A stretch of DNA of 36,001 nt, from IMG/VR virus record IMGVR_UViG_3300021962_000304, positions 1 to 36,001 of that record; one strand, given 5' to 3'. This DNA comes from a virus (taxonomy: Duplodnaviria > Caudoviricetes). Below are positions 17,878 to 24,539 of this stretch, piece by piece (position 1 is the first letter of the stretch; each line of letters opens with the position of its first letter). The notes beneath the pieces were generated by a model, which saw only the letters and a list, made by a program, of their open reading frames with translations, was not told where the DNA came from and ran no database searches. Both the position numbers and the translations under genes were made by a program.

Positions 17878-18741
17878 TTACTCCCGAACTAAGTCGCTCG
17901 CCATTGGGAGCGTCCGTGTATCGTGCGGATAAGCCCTTTCCGCCTCAGACCTTGACATTGACCCCTTCACGAAACCCCACTCCGAGTCCGCCTTCACCCA
18001 CATACCGAACTGAATATCGCCCTCACGGATCTCCTTCAACAACGTGGAGACACCGTTCGCATCAATCCCAAGACGCTCCTCGACCAGAGACTTAGCAACC
18101 CCAGCACCTTCCAGCAACACGGAACGGTCACCAGAACGAACGAAAATCCCAGTCCCCTCGGGTCGGACAGAGAACAGGCGGCCATCAACACGGACCGAAG
18201 CCGGGATAACCGCCAAATCGGCATCTGCAGCCTTCACAACCTGCTCCGAGGGCTCACCCTGCAACCTCATTGACGATCCACCAATTGAAAAACCCCTGAT
18301 CTTGCCCTGTTTCACCAGATCCCACGCCCACGGTTTCCAAACAACCCCCAAGAACACCGTACCCTCAGGATAGGCGACCTCAGCACCGTCAGCGGCCTTT
18401 CGCATCGTCACCTGAACAGGCAACTGCATAGCCTCAACCCACTCGCCGGCAATTATGTCCCGGTTGTGTTGCAAACGGATACCGCGGTCACCCTTACGCA
18501 CGTAATCCCACAAACCAGCCTGCAATTCCTCGGCATCAGTCCACTCACTATGGGCATCCAGACGATTTGGGATGTACCAAGGACCCAAGGTGAACCGTTT
18601 CTCATCGACAGCCTTATGGATCAACTCGACGGCGGCAACGGCGGCAACACTCATCGCATCAGCATCAATCTGCTTGCGAACATCCTCTGGCAGATCCGCG
18701 TACGGAACCTCGCCGGCAAGCCATCCCTGATAATCAGCCAT
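17878..18741 (-). CDS. Prohead (capsid maturation) serine protease, XkdF-like
   Basis: YIPNRLDAHSEW, LQH, G.WVE, PEGT.FLG and WDLVKQGKIRGFSIGG motifs; core flanked by IHKA and VVKA. Confidence 0.85.
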   Translation of the reverse strand: MADYQGWLAGEVPYADLPEDVRKQIDADAMSVAAVAAVELIHKAVDEKRFTLGPWYIPNRLDAHSEWTDAEELQAGLWDYVRKGDRGIRLQHNRDIIAGEWVEAMQLPVQVTMRKAADGAEVAYPEGTVFLGVVWKPWAWDLVKQGKIRGFSIGGSSMRLQGEPSEQVVKAADADLAVIPASVRVDGRLFSVRPEGTGIFVRSGDRSVLLEGAGVAKSLVEERLGIDANGVSTLLKEIREGDIQFGMWVKADSEWGFVKGSMSRSEAERAYPHDTRTLPMASDLVRE

Positions 18742-19423
18742 TTTCGCCCTCCAAAGACTTCAACCAGTCCAACGCGGCCTTACCACCCCACGCCGAGAAT
18801 GCGACTCGGCTCGGGTTCGGGAAACCCTCCACCCCGGCAGTCCAGCCAGCCGTCCTTCCGTCTCGGTTATGTGATTCCAAGAACGGTCGCATCTTCCTAA
18901 GAGTCTCGACCGAAATCGGTTCCCCAGCGGCGATACTTTCCGCTCGTTTCTGAACCACAACCGGGACACCCAAATCGTGCTGTGAAGCCCAAATAACCAC
19001 CTTGTGAGCCTCTGCACGAACCCTCTCGGGCGGATACAACTCGGCAGACTTGTTCATCTCGTAGGCGTAAACATCCTCAAGATTGACCATCTCTTCCTCG
19101 TCTTCGCCCTCTTCATAGCCCTCTTCCTCCTGCTCATAGCCCTCTTTCTCCTCTTCGGAGTATTCAGAAAGAACTTCCTCGGGGATTTGCCACAACTTAC
19201 AGATCCCGTTCGGATCAATATCCCCCGACACCCAGTCGCATCGCCGCAAACCCAAATAGGCGACACAGTTACCGCAGATCAACCCGTCTTCCTTGAACGG
19301 ATTCTCATCCGCATCCCCATAATGAGCACCGTCAGCCCCATCAGACTGGTCAAACTCACCGTATTCAGCGACGATCCCATTGATCGCCTCCGTCAACTTC
19401 TTCTGTCGATCCGAAATGAACAC
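18734..19423 (-). CDS. Head-cluster protein: HiPIP-like 4-Cys domain, acidic linker and basic helical domain
   Basis: CGNC-x8-CDWVSGDIDPNGICKLW, an E-rich linker ending MNKS, then YPP..VRAEA...ISVETLRKM...GFP.PSRVAF.AWGG. Confidence 0.65.
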   Translation of the reverse strand: MFISDRQKKLTEAINGIVAEYGEFDQSDGADGAHYGDADENPFKEDGLICGNCVAYLGLRRCDWVSGDIDPNGICKLWQIPEEVLSEYSEEEKEGYEQEEEGYEEGEDEEEMVNLEDVYAYEMNKSAELYPPERVRAEAHKVVIWASQHDLGVPVVVQKRAESIAAGEPISVETLRKMRPFLESHNRDGRTAGWTAGVEGFPNPSRVAFSAWGGKAALDWLKSLEGENG

Positions 19424-19454
19424 GGCCGCACCTTACAACTAAACCAACAAACCG

Positions 19455-19637
19455 CTATTCAGTAGGGGGATTTACCCAAGTCCAGATACTCATCGGCATT
19501 CTGGCTATCGCATTCTCAAGGAGTATCGGAGTTGTCCGGATACCACCGCGTTCAATGATCACTCGAGTTCCAAACTTGGGGTCATCATCCTCAATGTCGT
19601 AAACCGACGCTTTGCCGGCATAGGCGATCAACTTCAC
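19455..19637 (-). CDS. Small hypothetical protein (60 aa), possible orphan immunity/partner
   Basis: Coupled to the upstream gene by a GTGA overlap; terminal gene of the effector array. Confidence 0.55.
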   Translation of the reverse strand: MKLIAYAGKASVYDIEDDDPKFGTRVIIERGGIRTTPILLENAIARMPMSIWTWVNPPTE

Positions 19638-19873
19638 ATCCGCTCCTGTCTGATGATTTTCATTGCCAGAGCCTCATCTTCGGGGGTATTGGCGACGAAC
19701 AGCAGGCCGCCGTCCCCCTCAAAAGGCAACCGATGGTCAAACCCATCCACAAAAATCTCCACCGGGATGCCGTCTGGGAAAGCATCGCACGTTGACACTT
19801 CAAACTCGCCCATCCTGACCGCTGAATCACGCAACCGCTTACACGCCCAGCACATACCAATACCCTCGGTCAT
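19634..19873 (-). CDS. Small Cys/His protein, candidate immunity protein for the upstream zincin
   Basis: CWAC...TCDAFPDGIP.EI...FDH..PFEGDGG..F; ATGA-coupled to the metallopeptidase gene. Confidence 0.65.
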   Translation of the reverse strand: MTEGIGMCWACKRLRDSAVRMGEFEVSTCDAFPDGIPVEIFVDGFDHRLPFEGDGGLLFVANTPEDEALAMKIIRQERM

Positions 19874-21213
19874 ACTTGATCGCCCTTCCCACTATTTTTG
19901 GTCAATTTCGGCACTTTACCGGATCGAATAACCTCTAACAAACCCTCCGTTACCTCGACGGCGATACGAGTCGCGGGAGGATGCCCCGGTTCAAACTTTG
20001 CGGCGAAATATTGCGAAGCACATTCAGCGACAAACTCGTCGTAGTTGGTCAAACCGTACCTAGATAGGTCTCTCTGAGTTTGAGTGTTGCGGAGACCGGC
20101 TAGTTTCACTCGGCCGCGACCCGGCAAACCGTAAACACGCCGAATGATTGGACTAACCAAGTCCATCAATGCACGGTCGTACTTCGTTCGGTCATCCGAA
20201 TCTTTCCAATACGACTGAACAACCTTGCCCTTATCCCCGTACAAGGCTGTATTGCCTGCTTGATAGCCGATATGGTGACCAACCTCGTGGTAGAATGTCC
20301 TATTTGGAGATCCTGTCGAAGAATGGTTATCTGCGAATCTTTCTTTGCCCCGCCAGATCCAAAACTCTTCGGCATTCATTGATCGCCCCGGAAGACTCAG
20401 ATCGGTTATACCCCCCTTCACGAAGGTCATCCTGAACTGAGAAGGGGAAAACCCTATGTATGCCTCCTCGGTTCGACCAGCCCAGCCAGAGGCGGTAGCA
20501 CCACCTTGCGATGACTGAGGTTCCCAACTGATCTTAGAAATACCAGTACAAACCTCGGGAATTTCCTTGAACATATTGTCCATTGACGATGCAAATGTAT
20601 TTGCGGCCCAATCTGGCAGTTGAGAAACACCGTCAGTAACGAATCGACTGGTTCCGTTACCCGGCGACCACTTCGCATTCAGCCAATCCAAAGCCTCAGA
20701 CATAGTTGCGAACACGGGTGGTTTCTCATCCCAATCACGCCCAGTAGGAGTCTTGCGGCCAGAAACAGTCGGCTCCACAACCGCCCCACCCTGCTGTTCT
20801 CGCCATTTATCCGGAGTCAATGGCTCCACACCACTATTCCGAGACCAACGAATATGGGCTGCGTAGCGGCCAGCCTCCGAACGCGACGCGAACTTCGCCT
20901 TCATCATCGCATAGTCAAAACCGACGCTCTCGGAGTTCACATCTTCAACAAACCCCAACTGGTTCGGCGGTCGGTCAACAATCTGAGCGTATGGAAGCGA
21001 CTGGATAGCAGACGAGATGGTCCCCCACGCCTGCACATCTGTTTCCAAACTTGCCGGCATCAAAAAATCTATTTCGGCACAATGCACCGAATCCCCTAAA
21101 GCAACCAAAACATCAACTTTTTGGCGAAGATCGCCGTCACAGTTCAACCCATTTTCGAGATCAAACTCTGCAAACTTCAACACATCATCTTGCTTGTACA
21201 CGAATCGCATCAT
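19870..21213 (-). CDS. Effector 6: about 100 aa leader, shared motif, zincin metallopeptidase (lethal-factor/MPTase-like)
   Basis: Start at the ATGA overlap. MMKAKFASRSEAGRYAAHIRW; FYHEVGHH and LSRYGLTNYDEFVAE. Confidence 0.8.
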   Translation of the reverse strand: MMRFVYKQDDVLKFAEFDLENGLNCDGDLRQKVDVLVALGDSVHCAEIDFLMPASLETDVQAWGTISSAIQSLPYAQIVDRPPNQLGFVEDVNSESVGFDYAMMKAKFASRSEAGRYAAHIRWSRNSGVEPLTPDKWREQQGGAVVEPTVSGRKTPTGRDWDEKPPVFATMSEALDWLNAKWSPGNGTSRFVTDGVSQLPDWAANTFASSMDNMFKEIPEVCTGISKISWEPQSSQGGATASGWAGRTEEAYIGFSPSQFRMTFVKGGITDLSLPGRSMNAEEFWIWRGKERFADNHSSTGSPNRTFYHEVGHHIGYQAGNTALYGDKGKVVQSYWKDSDDRTKYDRALMDLVSPIIRRVYGLPGRGRVKLAGLRNTQTQRDLSRYGLTNYDEFVAECASQYFAAKFEPGHPPATRIAVEVTEGLLEVIRSGKVPKLTKNSGKGDQV

Positions 21214-22718
21214 CGTGAACCTGCCAAAACAAGTGCCCCAAGGAATTGCTTCACCGATGTCATATCTGTCCAACTTTTCCGCCTGTTGTCAGGAGACAAC
21301 ATTTCGGACAACACAGTCGAGAATTCGCTGTTATTCCAGTTGTAAGCCATCCCTTTTCCAAACTTAGTGAGTCCGTAAATGCCATCCCCGTAGAACTGGC
21401 CGCTGTACGGTTCGCTGAGTTCGTCTTTGAACACCGATCCCCCAGCCGACCCGGTGTGCGTTTTTTCTGGTTTCAACCCGATTGCACGATCACGGGCTGT
21501 CATCGACCGATCTTGAGCACCCAACCGACGGTAATGCAACCCAACATTGTCCAATGCGGCGAAAAACGGGCTGTACTCAACAACCGCGTGGAAATACTCG
21601 TGAATCATCGTGTTCTTTTCAGATGAAGTCAAAATTTTGGGTCCACTACCTTTTCCGACCATACTCATCCGTTGCCAATGGCCGCCGCCACCACTTTTTG
21701 TGAGAAGAATGCCGTCACCAGTTCCCGGCTGACGAAAAGCGCGAGATTTTTCGTTCACTTCGGTAATCAAAGTTTCCGGTACAACCATTTTGATGAGGTC
21801 GCGCATAGTTTTTGCCTGTGACCCGTGCAAAGCAGGTGTTACAGAACCCATCGGAACAAGTTGAGACAAAACTGCCAGCACAGCATCCACTTGCGTCTTT
21901 CGTGCCTGATCAATAAGTCCCCTTGATGCCATTACAACGTCTGTGTAATAATCGCTCCGAGTTTTCCCGGTGCGTTCAATCCAAAATTCGTCTGAAATTT
22001 GTCGAGTCAACTGCACAGCCTCAGTCTGCAACTCGGGAGGTACGACCTCACCGCTCAGCCGAAGAGCACGAATTCTGGCTCTGACCTCACCCAGACGGCC
22101 GCCACGCAAACTCTCCTCAGAATTTGATAATTCCGACTCCCATTCGTTCATCTGTTTCCACGTCGCATCAAAACGCCTTACCGCGTCATCGACCAACACG
22201 GCAACATTTGTACCGGCGACCTCATTTATCGCCTCAACAACCAATTCACCCAGATCAATCACATCATCCATCATCTGAATCGCACCAGCATTGAGCCGGT
22301 ATCCGTTAGCCCGATTACCACTCAATACACCTGTGTTGACCACCTGCGGGATCGTACCCGTAAGAACCAAATCAAGTCCGTCCGCCGAAACATTCATAAC
22401 CGGGCTGAGGGATAACTCCTCAATGTCCGCTCGAAGTTTCTTCACCTTCTCGCTTGCCATCGCCTGTTTCAAACCCTCTAACGCCGACGCAGGGGGCGGA
22501 GGAGGAGGCGTTACCGTAGACCCACCGGACTGTTGGGCTCGCCAAGCCTCAGGGGTCAATGGTTCAACACCGCTTTCGCGTGACCAGCGGATGTGGGCCG
22601 CATACCTGCCAGCCTCAGACCTTGAGGCGAACTTCGCCTTCTCCAGATCGTCGTGGACCTCGTCATCTTCACGAGAAACAAGGCGTAAGTCTGTGTGTGC
22701 CCCAATAAACCGGCTCAT
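21210..22718 (-). CDS. Effector 5: short leader, shared motif, helical region, HExxH zincin
   Basis: Start at the ATGA overlap. LEKAKFASRSEAGRYAAHIRW; MIHEYFH...EPYSGQFY...SEFST. Confidence 0.8.
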   Translation of the reverse strand: MSRFIGAHTDLRLVSREDDEVHDDLEKAKFASRSEAGRYAAHIRWSRESGVEPLTPEAWRAQQSGGSTVTPPPPPPASALEGLKQAMASEKVKKLRADIEELSLSPVMNVSADGLDLVLTGTIPQVVNTGVLSGNRANGYRLNAGAIQMMDDVIDLGELVVEAINEVAGTNVAVLVDDAVRRFDATWKQMNEWESELSNSEESLRGGRLGEVRARIRALRLSGEVVPPELQTEAVQLTRQISDEFWIERTGKTRSDYYTDVVMASRGLIDQARKTQVDAVLAVLSQLVPMGSVTPALHGSQAKTMRDLIKMVVPETLITEVNEKSRAFRQPGTGDGILLTKSGGGGHWQRMSMVGKGSGPKILTSSEKNTMIHEYFHAVVEYSPFFAALDNVGLHYRRLGAQDRSMTARDRAIGLKPEKTHTGSAGGSVFKDELSEPYSGQFYGDGIYGLTKFGKGMAYNWNNSEFSTVLSEMLSPDNRRKSWTDMTSVKQFLGALVLAGSR

Positions 22719-23548
22719 TCCACAACCTCCAAAACCCACTCAGATCCGACGCGATAGGTGTCGCCATTTGCTAGTTCTTTGAAAACATCTTTGATTTCCA
22801 CGACCCTCAACTTACTCTTCGGTCGAAGCAACACTTCCTGCTCGTCCCTAACCCCCCTAAGACCCGGCACAATAGCCTTGTAACCCTTCGGCAGACGGAT
22901 CTTCATCACAACAGGGTATGTGTATTTCACCGACTCCTCGGTCCAATCACTTCGGAAATCGTTAGCCACACCCCTGCTCGCTGATGTGGACATAAATGCG
23001 TCATCCTCATACACATCACCGACTTTGATTTGGCGATCCTGTGCCATACCTAAACCGCGATACACAAAGGTGTCTTTGGGCATCGGCAAAGCCAATTGAT
23101 CAAACTCTTTGACTAACCGATCCGTCGCCGCCCCGGTTTCTTGGTCAAATGTCTGCCGAAAATCATTCGCCCAATCATCCGGATTACCGCCTCGAAGATA
23201 ATCGTTCATTGCCCGATACCCCAAGGAAATGTATTTGCTGACATAATACGCGGCCAAAACGGTGCTGTTCCGACCGTCTGCATTCTTCGGCAAATCACCA
23301 ACCGCTTTAGCATCGCCCAACAAATCGTCAAACAAGCCGATTGCCTGTTGGTGCATCGCATCCCACTCGTCTGGGGACATTGCCTCAAACCGACGCTCAG
23401 AATCAGCCAGATGCCCCTTCCACCTCTGCTCGGCGGCATAGCGGCCAGCCTCAGAACGAGAAGCAAAAGTTGTTGATTTCCCCATCGTTCCACCTGACAG
23501 AAAAACGAGGTCAGACAAATTTACAACGAACCGATTATCAACCGACAA
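22715..23548 (-). CDS. Effector 4: short leader, shared motif, VIP2/C2-type ADP-ribosyltransferase
   Basis: Likely TTG start after GGAGG. MGKSTTFASRSEAGRYAAEQRW; Y..MNDYLR, VYRG, FMSTS, IRLPKG and EQEVLL (R-S-E, ExE). Confidence 0.85.
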   Translation of the reverse strand: MSVDNRFVVNLSDLVFLSGGTMGKSTTFASRSEAGRYAAEQRWKGHLADSERRFEAMSPDEWDAMHQQAIGLFDDLLGDAKAVGDLPKNADGRNSTVLAAYYVSKYISLGYRAMNDYLRGGNPDDWANDFRQTFDQETGAATDRLVKEFDQLALPMPKDTFVYRGLGMAQDRQIKVGDVYEDDAFMSTSASRGVANDFRSDWTEESVKYTYPVVMKIRLPKGYKAIVPGLRGVRDEQEVLLRPKSKLRVVEIKDVFKELANGDTYRVGSEWVLEVVE

Positions 23549-24539
23549 GATCCACCTCCACAATCGTGACAAACCCTCGATCGGGATCACCATATTCATT
23601 TAGCCCAACGATGCGGAACTTACTGTCAGGTCTGAGCAAGATCTCTTGCTCGTCACCTGAATAACCCGGAGGTGGAACTGACACCTTCGTGCCTTTCGGA
23701 ATACGAATTCGCATCATCATATAACCTTGATTTGAGTCGTATGGATCAGCAAAACGGTCGGCAACATCTCTGCTCGCTGAAGCAGACGAAAATGCACGAT
23801 CCGAAAAAATGTCCCCGACTTTAGGGCGAGGAAGATCCTCGTCAAACAGATTGACTCTCAGACCTCGGTTGACTATCCGATCAAACGGCATTTCGACAGC
23901 GTACTTATCAAAGTTGCGTACCAAAGTTTCCACCTGCTCACCAAAAGGTGAGTCTGCCGGGAGCCCATCCATCTCTCTCAGATAGGCATTTATATTCACG
24001 TGACCCGACCGCACATAATGTTCAAGCATCCGCACTACCTCTGCACCCTCCGCTGACTCACCCCTTAGGCTCTCCTCTTTCTTCCGCGCCAGCGACCGCA
24101 ACTCCCGGTACTCCTCAGATGACATTGAGTCAAATACCTTTGCCGGCTGACCTCCCCTATCCTGCCAGCGCACATTGGCGGCATAGCGGCCAGCCTCAGA
24201 ACGAGACGGAAACTTTGCCTTCGTTACATCCGGAGAATCCGGTCCATCGCACGAGCCCTCAGACCCTAGAAATACAGACGGTGTCGGCCGCTCAACAATT
24301 CCTTGACCAAGCAGTCTCAAAGCGTACTCGACCGTGACAACCGCCTCCATTTCGGAAGCCAAACTTGCACGAAATAGGGCGAAAGGGAACCGCGGCGAAC
24401 TGACCATCATCTCAACATCAATGAGGGTATTCACCATCATTATCGTCAAAGAATCAGCGTCAATTTCCGTGTTATCCACCGAGTCGGTCGAATACACAGA
24501 AACGCTAGAGCCGTCTTCCAAAGTCCAATTCAGCATCAT
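23538..24539 (-). CDS. Effector 3: about 105 aa leader, shared motif, VIP2/C2-type ADP-ribosyltransferase
   Basis: Start at the TGATG overlap. VTKAKFPSRSEAGRYAANVRW; INAYLR, VNRG, FSSAS, IRIPKG and EQEILL. Confidence 0.85.
   Translation of the reverse strand: MMLNWTLEDGSSVSVYSTDSVDNTEIDADSLTIMMVNTLIDVEMMVSSPRFPFALFRASLASEMEAVVTVEYALRLLGQGIVERPTPSVFLGSEGSCDGPDSPDVTKAKFPSRSEAGRYAANVRWQDRGGQPAKVFDSMSSEEYRELRSLARKKEESLRGESAEGAEVVRMLEHYVRSGHVNINAYLREMDGLPADSPFGEQVETLVRNFDKYAVEMPFDRIVNRGLRVNLFDEDLPRPKVGDIFSDRAFSSASASRDVADRFADPYDSNQGYMMMRIRIPKGTKVSVPPPGYSGDEQEILLRPDSKFRIVGLNEYGDPDRGFVTIVEVDLVG

Noticed and set aside
19085-19175. Low-complexity ctcttc/ctcatagccct repeats as a regulatory or tandem repeat element
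   Set aside because: They encode the Glu-rich linker (EEEKEGYEQEEEGYEEGEDEEE) of the HiPIP-like protein.
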